This document shows, one piece after another, positions 18,801 to 27,765 of a stretch of 64,000 nt of DNA; position 1 is the first letter of the stretch, and each line of letters opens with the position of its first letter. This DNA comes from an uncultured Opitutia bacterium (GTDB lineage: Bacteria; Verrucomicrobiota; Verrucomicrobiia; Opitutales; Opitutaceae), in assembly GCA_903820035.1 (NCBI GenBank), contig CAIJFT010000286.1:102-64101 (forward strand), given 5' to 3'. The notes beneath the pieces were generated by a model that ran no database searches, had not been told where the DNA came from, and saw only the letters and a list, made by a program, of their open reading frames with translations. Position numbers and translations under genes: made by a program.

Positions 18801-19494
18801 CGCGGCCGCAGATGCGGGCAACCTCTCCCATCTCGCGGCGGAAAAGGCCGCCGGCGAAACCGAACTCACCGCCGTGCACGCCGCGGTCGCCGACTCGCGC
18901 GCGATCCTCAAACACGACGACGGGCTGCGCGGGCGCCACGCCCTGGTGGCGGAGCAGATCCAGGCAGCGGACCGCGAGTTTGTCCGCTGGCACCGGTTGC
19001 GGGTGCTCATTGGCTCGGCCGACGGCTCACTGTTCGCCCGGTTCGCGCAGGGCCTTACGCTCGAGCATCTGACGGTCCTGGCGAACCGGCATCTGCGGCA
19101 GCTCAATCCCCGTTACACGATTCGACGGGCTACCGACGGCGCAGCCGACGATCTCGAACTGGAGATTGTTGACCACTATCAAGCCGACGTGACCCGGCCG
19201 ATGCGCAGCCTCTCCGGCGGCGAGAGTTTTCTCGTGAGTCTCGCGCTGGCGCTCGGGCTCTCGCAGTTGGCGAGCGGCCGGACGAGCATCGAGTCGCTGT
19301 TCATCGACGAAGGGTTCGGTTCGCTCGATGCGGAAACGTTGGAGGTCGCGATGTCGGCGCTCGAAAACCTCCAGGCCGGCGGCAAGGTCATCGGTGTGAT
19401 CTCGCACGTGCCCGCGATGCAGGAACGGATTACCGTGCAGATCAACGTGACCAAGGAAACCGGCGGTTGCAGCCGGATCACGCTCCGGTCCTGA
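15820..19494 (+). CDS. sbcC: SbcCD ATPase subunit C (Rad50-like)
   Basis: GTG 15820; Walker A GPTGAGKST; coiled coil with zinc hook CPLC; LSGGESF signature; LFIDEGFGSLD Walker B/D-loop. Confidence 0.95.
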   Translation: MKILRLRLTNLNSLRGSNEVDFTQPPLAHAGLFAITGPTGAGKSTLLDAITLALYGRVARYGSMPSPDAVMSRHTGECSAEVEFACAAGEFRSVWQLQRARKKADGKIQQAKRRVIALPAETIIAESIKETDATILELTGLDYDRFLRSVLLAQGDFATFLKAGAKERTDLLQQVTGTVVYEDISRAAFRRAADAEQALATLRREQDAVTLLDPEQRRQHEAHLATQLERLRQLQELAPTLTRRIDEARRWLDVERATRQLQADQAAHDQACQDDAPNLARLTQHEKAAPFIADLTTLDHFARDDEKDVTARRELDANAPQRLQTVQTAQTAAQEAHDTLTRETEQMTGLRVLWTEVIELDRVLATAREALRQVESQHAEAGTRLTATSTAQAASAAALQRTTAEHLTASGWLNQHPLDATLTAQLPEIQAAHARWQAAEEAGVGTDKKLELGQAELKRVEIAVGRIEEILAPLRTALAKANTAVTTAVAAVEVAGEQQPLSELETRRDRTRDRRQALDKLAGEAAHLRKQTAELATVRRNAGVTTELLRQGAAAITQLTQNQDAAAALLQAHRVTLSFAEKVQSLESHRTTLRDNEPCPLCGGVHHPYVSTSDTPARSVAAVRGQVAAAEAACLETRQQLGAAENLRASHLGTEKRHAADDAKLTAEITRLTTDWNSAAEPHGLEGQWQDEARLTAEIATARTEESRRDTQLLAVRTAENLLTAARREAQNALTNFVEQDTEGQKQSTLLKHLREQWPSLEDALAEQRRRAVAARDALAQLTSAYVPSEPGAAPTAGLLATLNERATTYTRHQQAVSDLFAKVEKLRATFDGCAQQFEQAQASVEAAARKVAAAGQEVERQDRQRQEKFGQRVVAEAQRIADTALQNARSAADSKRKESEACRQKQESAAKEQARLTEAIAARSAPRAQIAARLQAGAVAAGFGDGSAIRSALLDPTAVTVLGARRAHLDDRRTVLKTQAEGLATQRRQLPPAAAADAGNLSHLAAEKAAGETELTAVHAAVADSRAILKHDDGLRGRHALVAEQIQAADREFVRWHRLRVLIGSADGSLFARFAQGLTLEHLTVLANRHLRQLNPRYTIRRATDGAADDLELEIVDHYQADVTRPMRSLSGGESFLVSLALALGLSQLASGRTSIESLFIDEGFGSLDAETLEVAMSALENLQAGGKVIGVISHVPAMQERITVQINVTKETGGCSRITLRS

Positions 19495-19512
19495 GGTCGC
19501 ACCTTCGGTAAA

Positions 19513-19540
19513 GTCGCCCGGCGCGGGAACGCCGGGCGAC
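19513..19540. terminator. Hairpin between convergent sbcC and TBDR
   Basis: gtcgcccggcg-cgggaa-cgccgggcgac, 11-bp perfect stem; followed by TTT on the minus strand. Confidence 0.65.
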
Positions 19541-19560
19541 GGAATCAATTCCCGCAGGGG

Positions 19561-22500
19561 TCAAAAACGCCCGCGGACCCCGATGGTCCAGACCGCGCCA
19601 AATACGGTATTGGATAGCAGAATACCCGTCTCGTTCATATAGGTGCGGATGGGGGAATTGCCGATGTTTCGACCGCTGAGCGTGAGATCATAGGTCTGGT
19701 TGATTTTGTAGCCACCGCTCAGGTCGAACATCAACCGCTCATATTGCCACACGGTCTGCGTGGCGGAAGTGGACGTCATGCGGGCGGCCGCCCAGGTCGA
19801 GCGCAATTGCAGGTTGAATCGGTGATTGCTGAAACGAATCCCGCCGTTCGCGGACTTCGGCACGACGCTGGCCGCCTGGGTGTCCGGGACGGCGCGCGAG
19901 ACGGAGCCAAAGAGGCTGAGGCCGCGGGCGAAGCCCGGGAGGAAGACGAGTTGCTGGCTGTACTCGACCTCCACGCCCTTGATCTTCCGGACCCCGGAAA
20001 GGTTCGTGGGCCGCAGGAAGCGATACCCGTTGTACTCGGGCTCGTCGGCGTAGCCGGCGGCCTCGGCGGAAATTTCCGTGTTCGCGGTGCCCATGTTTTT
20101 AACTTCGAGCTGATACGCGGAGACGCTGATATTGCCGGCCGGCTCGATGTAATACTGGACGCTGGCGAAGTACTTGTTCGAGGTCTCGGGCTTGAGATCA
20201 GGATTGGGCAGGGTGACGGTCAGGTTCGTCGCATTGACGCTGATGGCGCCGGCGAGGTTGTTGTAATCCGGTCGGCTGATCGACTGGTTGCCGGCCAGCT
20301 GCAGGCTGAGGTTCTTCGTCATGGAATACCTCAGGCCACCGCTGTAGAAAAGGTTCTCGTAACCGCCGTATTTATTCCGCCGTTCGAAATTACGATACTG
20401 GTACGCGAGATACGGGATGGTGTTAGGCGTGTAGCCGGCGGCCCGCACGAGGGCATCGGGAATGAGGTCAAAGGTCCGGCCGATGGTGCGGGTACGCTCG
20501 TCGCGGATACCCAGATTCAACCGCAGGCGGTTCCAGCGGGTGTTGGCTTCGACATAGCCGGAGTCGATCTGCTCCTTGATGCCGCGTCCGGTCGTATTGA
20601 GGATGCTGTAATTGCCAAAATCGTTCGGGGCGAAATAGTCGGGATGCAAGTGATAGAGATCCAGCATCGCGGTGGCATTGGGAATCGGGATGTTGAGCGC
20701 GGGGAGATTGTCGCCCTGCTTCGGATCAAACAGCCCCGGCTCCAAGTGCGGGATCATCACCGCGCTCGGGTCGAGCTGGTTCTTGGTCGCGCCAACATAG
20801 GTCCAAGAGACGGAACCGGTCCGGTTCAGATCGTACGTCGTCAGCCGGGCCTTCCCGCCGGCCTGGATCGTCACCGGCAGCCCGAGATTGAAGGTCTTTT
20901 TCGCGTCGAGATAGCCGAGATAAACCTGGCTCTTACCCGTGCGGGCGACGCTGGTGATGTTGTTCGGATCGGCGTCGATCCGGTCGTAGTTGGCCAGGTT
21001 GTTCCACGGGGCGCCGGACAGCTGGGTCAACTGCCAGTCCGTCGAGGTCGAGCTGCTCCGGCGGGCGCTCCAGCTCATGCGGGTGAGCCGGCTGATGGTG
21101 TTGGCAAAATAGCCGGACCGCATGTCTTCGTAATGGGTCCGGCTGCGCGAGTAGCCGCCGCTGGCGGTGATGACGATGTCGTTAAGTTTGTATTCGAGCT
21201 TGGGCGTATAGGTGGCCGTGTCGTTGAACTTGTGGCTTTGGCCGATGTTCTGCTCGAGCCGGGTGTTGATATTGGCCGTAGGAAGGGCGAGCAGGTAGGT
21301 CTGCGTCGAGGAGGGATCGATCTGGGCCGTGGCCGCGCGAAAGGCCAGGGTGCGGGCATTGATCTCGTCGTTGAGGTGGGAAGCCGCGGTGCGCAGCGAA
21401 ACGACCAGTTCGCGGGTGATGCGATAGTCGAAATTCAAACCCATCGCGGCACGGGTCGTGATCTTGGGGTTGTCGCGAAAGGTGAGTACATTGATGACCG
21501 GACCGCGCGCGGCGATCGTGTTGTCGATGGTCTCCGTGACGGCCGCCTGCTCGTTGAAGAGGCTGTTCGCCGAGAGGCTGAGCTGGACCCCGAACCGCCC
21601 GTTGAAGGAATCGGCATAGCTGAACATCAGGCCCGGACCGATCTTCCGGTGCGCACCGTCCCCGGGGCTCGGGGTTTTGCGGAGCGTGAACTCGTAGGGA
21701 TTGGCCGTCAGGCTGGCCTGCACGATGACCTCGCGCCCCTTGCGCTCGAAGGCATTTTTGCTCCGCATGTTCACGGTGCCGGCCGGTGCGTCGGCGTCCA
21801 TGCTGGCGGTGAGGGTCTTATTCACCTCGATCGACTCGATGCTGGTGATCGAAGCCTGTTCGAACTCGAACTGGCGGGTCGTGCCGCCAAAAGAAGCGGA
21901 GGCGGCGGAGGCCATGCGCATGCCGTCGACGCTCACGGCGGCATATTTCGGATCGAGGCCGCCGATGCGCACGGCGCGGGCGTCGGCATTGTTGTAGTCG
22001 ATTTCAACGCCCGGGATGTACTTCATGAACTCACCGACATTACCGCCGGTAATGTCGCCGAAATTATCCGACGCGACGACCCGCTTCAGGTTCAACGCCG
22101 CGCGCTGTTCCATCAGGGCCTTCGCGTTGCCCTCGCGCTCGGATGAAACTTCGAACTTTGCGAGCTGCATGATGGAGTCCCCGGCGACCGCCGTACCCGG
22201 CCGGAACGTCGCCCCCTTGAGGTCAAAGTCCCGGGTGGCGGTCTGGCCGGCTTGCAACGTCACAGGGCTGACCGCGTGATCGTAACCCGTGTAGGTAACG
22301 GAAACCGAAACCGTACCGGCGGCGACGTTGGACAGAACGTAGGAACCGTCGTCGCCGGAGAAAACGACCAGATTGGTGCCGTCGACCATGACCTCGGCGT
22401 GACGGACAAATTCCTTCGTGGCGGGATTGAACACCCGCCCGACGATGGTGCCGGTGCCAGGCGCCTGCGCTTGGACCGGCCGGGAAAACCCGAGAATACA

Positions 22501-22644
22501 AATGCCAGCGAGCAGGATGCGCCCCGCGGCGAGCCGGAGTCCGGTGCCACGCGCGCCGCTCCGGCAATCCAGACGAGGTGGCGTCTTCGGCGGAATGGCA
22601 AAGTAGGATCCGGGTTCGGTGCAATAAACGGGGTTTGGCTTCAT
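19561..22644 (-). CDS. TonB-dependent receptor with carboxypeptidase-regulatory-like N-domain
   Basis: 1027 aa; EGNAKALMEQRAALNLKRVVASDNFGD plug motif; NPDLKPE; C-terminal VRGRF. Start codon uncertain. Confidence 0.92.
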   Translation of the reverse strand: MKPNPVYCTEPGSYFAIPPKTPPRLDCRSGARGTGLRLAAGRILLAGICILGFSRPVQAQAPGTGTIVGRVFNPATKEFVRHAEVMVDGTNLVVFSGDDGSYVLSNVAAGTVSVSVTYTGYDHAVSPVTLQAGQTATRDFDLKGATFRPGTAVAGDSIMQLAKFEVSSEREGNAKALMEQRAALNLKRVVASDNFGDITGGNVGEFMKYIPGVEIDYNNADARAVRIGGLDPKYAAVSVDGMRMASAASASFGGTTRQFEFEQASITSIESIEVNKTLTASMDADAPAGTVNMRSKNAFERKGREVIVQASLTANPYEFTLRKTPSPGDGAHRKIGPGLMFSYADSFNGRFGVQLSLSANSLFNEQAAVTETIDNTIAARGPVINVLTFRDNPKITTRAAMGLNFDYRITRELVVSLRTAASHLNDEINARTLAFRAATAQIDPSSTQTYLLALPTANINTRLEQNIGQSHKFNDTATYTPKLEYKLNDIVITASGGYSRSRTHYEDMRSGYFANTISRLTRMSWSARRSSSTSTDWQLTQLSGAPWNNLANYDRIDADPNNITSVARTGKSQVYLGYLDAKKTFNLGLPVTIQAGGKARLTTYDLNRTGSVSWTYVGATKNQLDPSAVMIPHLEPGLFDPKQGDNLPALNIPIPNATAMLDLYHLHPDYFAPNDFGNYSILNTTGRGIKEQIDSGYVEANTRWNRLRLNLGIRDERTRTIGRTFDLIPDALVRAAGYTPNTIPYLAYQYRNFERRNKYGGYENLFYSGGLRYSMTKNLSLQLAGNQSISRPDYNNLAGAISVNATNLTVTLPNPDLKPETSNKYFASVQYYIEPAGNISVSAYQLEVKNMGTANTEISAEAAGYADEPEYNGYRFLRPTNLSGVRKIKGVEVEYSQQLVFLPGFARGLSLFGSVSRAVPDTQAASVVPKSANGGIRFSNHRFNLQLRSTWAAARMTSTSATQTVWQYERLMFDLSGGYKINQTYDLTLSGRNIGNSPIRTYMNETGILLSNTVFGAVWTIGVRGRF

Positions 22645-23098
22645 AAAAGGGGCGGAATCTCCAGCGGTGTTTAAGTCGGATACGGAACGTGGTCTCTAAA
22701 GGGGCGCCGGGGCGGGCGGGGGTGAGAACAGACGGGTTGAGAAGTAGCCTTGGAACCGCTGGGCATAAAGCCCCAAAAGGGGGAAGCGTGGACTTTATTT
22801 TTCGGCCGCTCGCCCCGTGGCTATCCGATGGCCCGCGCGGTAGTTAGCCCGGACCTCGCGTGCGCTGCGGCCTAGCCAAGACCGCGGCGACGGGCACGGG
22901 GTAGCACCAACGACGGAGGATTGCCTGACCGCGATGCGCTCACCTCCCCGGTTGGCAGCGGAGTGCCACAAGCGGCACGTTCTCGGCGATGGCCAAGTTG
23001 CGCGCAGTCTGATTTTGTTTTTAAGTGCAGCCGGCCTTAGTAGCTCGTCAGCTGTCATCGCCGCCCCACGCTCCGCACCGCACTCTCGAAGAAAAAAT

Positions 23099-24022
23099 AT
23101 GTCATCCCTCGCTCCCCTCCTCGTCCGAATCAGCTTCCTGTTTGCACTGCTCCTCAGCCCCGCTGTCACCCGGGCCGAGCTCGGAGTGATTCGGGATAAC
23201 GGCGCGTTTTTCTCCGAGTCGGCCAAATCCGAAGCCAGCCGGCATATCGGAGAAATCGGGGGCCGTTTCAAAAAGGACCTCGTGGTCGACACCTTCAAGG
23301 GCATCCCCGACGACATCAAGCAGGGGGTAAACCTGCAGGACCGCGCGGCCGTGAACCGCATGTTTGAACAGTGGACGGTCCGGCTGGCGCGCCAGCAGCG
23401 GGTCAACGGCATCTACATCCTCCTGACCAAGGAACCAGCCCATCTCCAGATCGTCGTCGGCAACGAAACCCAGGTCTCCCTCTTCACTTTGAAGGATCGT
23501 GACGCACTCGTCAGCTCGATGCTGGCCCGGTTACGCAATAAACAAAATGACGAGGCCCTGCAGGACGGAGTAAACTTTGTCTCCGCCACAATGAAGGCAC
23601 GGGCGGTCGCACGCAACGCCCGCCCGACTCCGGCGGCGAGCAGCGCCCCCGTTGAAGCGACCAGCCCGTGGGGCTGGGTTGTCGCCGCCTTGATCGGCTT
23701 CGTGGTGGCGTGGATCGTCGTGGGACTCATCCGTTCCATGATGCAGCGCTCCGGAAGCGCGGCGACGCCCGGAGCGGCGCCCAGTTCCGGCGGCGGATTC
23801 CTCTCCTCACTCCTCGGCGGCATGCTCGGCGCCGCCGCCGGTATGTGGCTGTATGACCAGTTCTCGGGTCATAATGACTCCGATCACAACCGGGGATCAG
23901 CGGACGACGCCGGGAACTCCCGGAGCGACACCGACTACTCGAGTTCCGGTGATAGCTTCAGCGACGACTCGAGTGGCGGCGATGCGGGCGGCGGCGGGGA
24001 CTCAGGCGGCGGCGATTTTTGA
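23099..24022 (+). CDS. TPM-domain (YgcG/Psb32/MOLO-1-like) membrane protein with Gly/Asp/Ser-rich tail
   Basis: ATG 23099; signal peptide; VIRDNGAFFS...GIYILLTKEPAHLQIVVG...NDEALQDGV TPM pattern; TM helix; low-complexity acidic C-terminus. Confidence 0.75.
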   Translation: MSSLAPLLVRISFLFALLLSPAVTRAELGVIRDNGAFFSESAKSEASRHIGEIGGRFKKDLVVDTFKGIPDDIKQGVNLQDRAAVNRMFEQWTVRLARQQRVNGIYILLTKEPAHLQIVVGNETQVSLFTLKDRDALVSSMLARLRNKQNDEALQDGVNFVSATMKARAVARNARPTPAASSAPVEATSPWGWVVAALIGFVVAWIVVGLIRSMMQRSGSAATPGAAPSSGGGFLSSLLGGMLGAAAGMWLYDQFSGHNDSDHNRGSADDAGNSRSDTDYSSSGDSFSDDSSGGDAGGGGDSGGGDF

Positions 24023-24481
24023 GGCCCAAAAAACCGCACGGCCGCGGGTCATTCCGTTCGCAAGCCTCGCGGCCTGAGTTGAGGTAAGAACACCACGAAA
24101 TCCCCTCCAGCGCGGTGAAGCGCGGCGGTGAACTGTCGTTACGGGCAGACGAAGGCGCTACGGACGGACCAGAGTCCAGCCGAGCGGATAAGCCGATATC
24201 GCGCTGCCCCGCGCGGCTCGGTTCCCAGAGAGCGACGCTGCCGCTTTGCCGTCACCGACCATCTGCGCGCACAGCCGGGACGCGCAGCCCGTCGTGAATT
24301 TGGAAATCTCCGGTAGAAAAGCCCGAAAAACACCCCCCTATTATTGGGGGGCTCATCCGTTCGATAATAGATTGAAACGCACGAACCGAGGCCGTCCATA
24401 GTCGCCGCTCCCCACGCCCTTGAACGAGTTCGATGCCAGCCAACGCCAACGGCTAGCGAGGACTCAAACGGTGATTTCCGC

Positions 24482-24742
24482 ATGCTCGCACCCATATCAT
24501 TAGCTCCCGCCGGCCAAATATTCCTCAGCGGAAAGCGCTGGTGCGAATTCCACTTCTTCGACTCGGCCGTCTCGCTAGAACAGTGGCTGGCGACCAATCA
24601 CGGTGAAGACGCTTTCAGCTACGGATGGTTCGACAACGACGGAAACGCCTTCGAGGTCTGCGTGCGAAAAGTGAAGCACGGCGATCTGACACTCTACGTC
24701 AGCTCCGAAGCAACCAACACAATCGGCTCCTGGAACGACTAA
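24482..24742 (+). CDS. Hypothetical 86-aa protein
   Basis: Non-GC-biased, aromatic-rich, protein-like composition (WCEFHFFD...YGWFDNDG); stop overlaps the convergent RHH gene by 4 nt. No family recognised. Confidence 0.5.
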   Translation: MLAPISLAPAGQIFLSGKRWCEFHFFDSAVSLEQWLATNHGEDAFSYGWFDNDGNAFEVCVRKVKHGDLTLYVSSEATNTIGSWND

Positions 24743-25032
24743 CGCCGCAACCGCTGCTTCACTTGGTCGGCACGCAGCATCTTCTTTGCAGCGGCGAGTT
24801 TCTCCGCCAAGAGAGCCGGCTCCCCGCCGCCCCCGAGTTCCGACCTCACGTGATCCCTCAGCACCTTGCGCACATAATCGCTGAACACCCGGTCATTGGC
24901 TTCCGCGAGCGTCCGCAGTGCATCTTTAACCTCTTGATTGATCCCGATGGTCAACGACACGACCCCCTCGGCGCGTTGATTGTGTCGCGTGCGAGCCGGT
25001 AATTTTTGTTCAGCACCCTTGAGGTCGGCCAT
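24739..25032 (-). CDS. Ribbon-helix-helix (CopG/Arc/MetJ-like) DNA-binding protein
   Basis: From ATG 25032 (track ORF starts 25092): VSLTIGI strand, NQEVKDALRTLAEAN helix, FSDYVRKVLRDHV helix. Confidence 0.7.
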   Translation of the reverse strand: MADLKGAEQKLPARTRHNQRAEGVVSLTIGINQEVKDALRTLAEANDRVFSDYVRKVLRDHVRSELGGGGEPALLAEKLAAAKKMLRADQVKQRLRR

Positions 25033-25430
25033 AAATTTTCGTGTCGGTTTCTTAGGGCGAAAGATTTTCGGTAAAGTAGTCCTTGCCAACACTTTTTGTG
25101 GTATCTTATATCCTTCAGTTACTATGGTTTATCTATTATCTATCCGCTTTTGATTGAAGCGCAAACGAGTGGGCAAAAGGAACCATCCCGGTGAGCAATC
25201 GCGGCTCGGCTGCCGCCCACACCGATGGAGCGAAACGCAGGACGAAGGCGGTTGGTTCCAGCTCCCCGCGCGTCACCCGCCAGTGCCCTCCGGCCCGCGA
25301 CGCCCCCGAGCAGCCACCGGTAAATATCAACATGTATAAAGACTAATGGGTAATAAACAGGCGTAAGTATGAATATTGTTAAATCTTTATACGCTCGTTC
25401 CTGCCGACGCAGGTCACTCCCATCAATCGA

Positions 25431-26117
25431 ATGCCACTCGAGCAAGCCTACCCAGAAAATCCGGTAACGCTCGTGAAGTCGTTGCGCCACCTGCTGGATA
25501 ACCTTGAGCATTCCTGCGCAATCACCGGCGCGGACGGTTTATTTATTTACGTCAATCCCGCCTTTTTTGCACTTTACCATTATAACGAAGCGAATATCAT
25601 CGGAGTATCCAGCAGGATATTACTACCCGGCTCCAGCGGATCGCCCGCAACCAGCGTCGCCCAGCAGTCGACCGCTTTAAACCACAGGGCATGGGAGGGC
25701 GAAGTAACCCACGTCGACCGCGCAGGAAGGCCCCTCGCCCTGTACCTCTTCAATCTGCCGATCCTCTTCTCCCCGACGCCCCGACCCGCTTGCCTCTTGC
25801 ATCTCAGCTGCCCCATCGAGGCCCGGCATCAACTCATGCGGGATTTCGCGGCGAGGCTATGTGCAGCATTGATTGAATGGCAGATTAACCTGCCACCCGA
25901 GCATCAAGTGATAAGCCCACCGCAGAGCGGGGATCGTCAGCGGCAAATCAGTAAGCTGACCCAGCTGGGTTATAGGACGAAAGAAATAGCCGCGCTGATG
26001 AGAATTTCCATCAGCACCGTTAATGTGGTGAAATGGAAAATCCGGAAGCATTCGGCTCGTCGGCTCACACCGCCGACCGCCGAAATGGATTCGGCGCAGC
26101 AAGTCGCGCAGCGTTGA
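25431..26117 (+). CDS. PAS-domain plus LuxR-type HTH transcriptional regulator
   Basis: PAS pattern ITGADGLFIYVNPAFFALYHY...WEGEVTHVDRAGRP; LuxR HTH GYRTKEIAALMRISISTVNVVKWKIRK. Confidence 0.85.
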   Translation: MPLEQAYPENPVTLVKSLRHLLDNLEHSCAITGADGLFIYVNPAFFALYHYNEANIIGVSSRILLPGSSGSPATSVAQQSTALNHRAWEGEVTHVDRAGRPLALYLFNLPILFSPTPRPACLLHLSCPIEARHQLMRDFAARLCAALIEWQINLPPEHQVISPPQSGDRQRQISKLTQLGYRTKEIAALMRISISTVNVVKWKIRKHSARRLTPPTAEMDSAQQVAQR

Positions 26118-26629
26118 TCCCAGGGAGCGGGCGGCGGCATCAATCCAACTGGAGTGACCTATCCGGACCTTGGCGCTTCCCGCAGTGCCATGCGCCATCG
26201 GGTTAAGTTCCGCGATCACGAGATGGAGCACGACGGACGCCGCGACAGGCAGCCCTGAGGCACGGGGAAGCGGGCGTGGGGCGCACGATTCACACGATGC
26301 AGCGAAGCGCCCGCGCGTCCAGGTTAACGCCCAACCACCATTTTACGTACAAGGAACTCGAGCCACTCGCACCGGCAATCGGGTCCGCCAAGGGTGCAGA
26401 GGGAGAATTCGGGATCGGCTGATGGCGCTGGAATGTTCCTCGGGTATGCGCAAAGCCTTCGGTGGGACCGCTGAACCGATAGCTTGGTGAGGCAAGTCCT
26501 ACGACCTTCGGATGGCTCCTCTACCTTCAATCAAGACCACCGGTTCGCTTCCGCGACCTGCCCGTGAATCGTTTGCCCGCCGCCCCGGCGGAATTGATTC
26601 CGTTCGTGACCGCACCCTCAAATGGGCCC

Positions 26630-26659
26630 AAAAAAGGGCACCGGTAAAGGTGCCCTTTT
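26630..26659 (-). terminator. Intrinsic terminator downstream of tRNA-Glu (potentially bidirectional)
   Basis: aaaaaa-gggcacc-ggtaaa-ggtgccc-tttt. Confidence 0.85.
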
Positions 26660-26704
26660 CAAAATGGGACGGATCCTGTGCTGCGTCAGGGTCTACGCTT
26701 TCTC

Positions 26705-26776
26705 TACCACCACGGAGAATCGAACTCCGATTTACTGAATGAGAATCAGTCGTCCTAACCGTTAGACGATGGCGGC
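26705..26776 (-). tRNA. tRNA-Glu (anticodon CTC), CCA not encoded
   Basis: GCCGCCA TC GTCT AACGGTT AGGAC G ACTGA TTCTCAT TCAGT AAAT CGGAG TTCGATT CTCCG TGGTGGT A folds as a full cloverleaf. Confidence 0.95.
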
Positions 26777-27117
26777 AAAAGAAAATCCTTACGGAAAAAC
26801 CTGCAGAAATTTAACTATCTCCTGTCCTAACCGATCCTCGCTGAGGCCGAAAATCGGGACGGCGAGCGTCGCGGTTTCCTTCCACGGGTCAAGCGTCTTT
26901 CCGCAGATCACCTTGTCCCGGGTCGGCTCCCGGCAAAAGCGACAACCTCACCGGCCGGCGGCGCATCCCCATCTCCGTCCCAGCTCCTTTCCGTAACACC
27001 GGGCACTTGGGCCAATGGCCCGCGGCTGTTTTGCCGGTGCCGTACACCCCGTTCCCCGGACCGGAAGCCCGCCCAGCGGGCGGGCCTGCAACGGTCGCGG
27101 GGGTGGCAGGGTGCCAC

Positions 27118-27765
27118 TTACTTCTTGATCGTAAACGGCAGCGAGAACTGGGTCGCCTCCCACTGAATGTTGATCACGCCGGTCAGGCTTTGCGCCGGCG
27201 TGTTCGCGATCGAGATCGTCAACTGCTCCACGGCCTTGGGCAGCGACTCTTTCTTCAGGTCGACGCGGGCCTGGTCGGTGGCTTCATCGACGGGCACGCC
27301 CCACTTGCCGATGCTCTTCGAAAAAGCGAGCTTCGAGCCCTGCCCCTCCTGCGGGATGATATAGAGGGTGTAAACTCCGGCCGGAATCGTGGTGCCGCCA
27401 GTCTCGATCGGATGCTGCAAAATGATGCTCGTGGCCTCGTCCGCACCGAGGCGGTCGGCTTTGCCGAAAGGTACGAGGCCGCCCCATATCTTGCGCGGCT
27501 CACCGCCCTTGCGTGGGTGCACCGCCGTAGGCCTGCCGTAGCTGATGGTAACGGTGCTGCCGTCGCGGCGATTTGGTCCAATGACCGCGCTCGTGGTGGC
27601 GTGTGGCGTATTACCACCGGTGCCGGTCCCGGGCAACGGAGGCGGCGGCGGAGCCTTTTTCGCCGCGGCCGGCTGGCCTTTCTCGGCAGTTTGGGAAACG
27701 AGCGGCGCGGCACAGATCAGCGCCGCGACCACGGCAATCAGGGTTGTCTTGAGGGTATTATTCAT
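27118..27765 (-). CDS. DUF2911-family secreted protein
   Basis: Signal peptide, Pro/Ala linker, then VTISYGRP...IWGGLVPFGKADRLGADEAT...IPAGVYTLYIIP...KWG pattern. Confidence 0.8.
   Translation of the reverse strand: MNNTLKTTLIAVVAALICAAPLVSQTAEKGQPAAAKKAPPPPPLPGTGTGGNTPHATTSAVIGPNRRDGSTVTISYGRPTAVHPRKGGEPRKIWGGLVPFGKADRLGADEATSIILQHPIETGGTTIPAGVYTLYIIPQEGQGSKLAFSKSIGKWGVPVDEATDQARVDLKKESLPKAVEQLTISIANTPAQSLTGVINIQWEATQFSLPFTIKK

Noticed and set aside
19744-22146. 800-aa plus-strand ORF
   Set aside because: Antisense shadow of the TBDR at 19561-22644.
22950-23000. Sigma-54-like TGGCA...TGC motifs upstream of the TPM gene (similar weak cases near 32590 and 44250)
   Set aside because: Spacing is off by one or the -12 TTGC is missing; not supportable.
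24091-24101. caccacg match to the tRNA-Glu 3' end as a possible att repeat
   Set aside because: Only 7 nt; expected by chance.
25140-25511. 123-aa minus-strand ORF and 61-aa plus-strand ORF 25154-25339 in the islet
   Set aside because: They overlap the PAS-LuxR start or promoter DNA, and have no motifs or credible start context.
26118-26629. Possible integrase remnant beside the tRNA
   Set aside because: No R-H-R-H-Y or serine-recombinase motif in the frames I could read; a translated search is needed.
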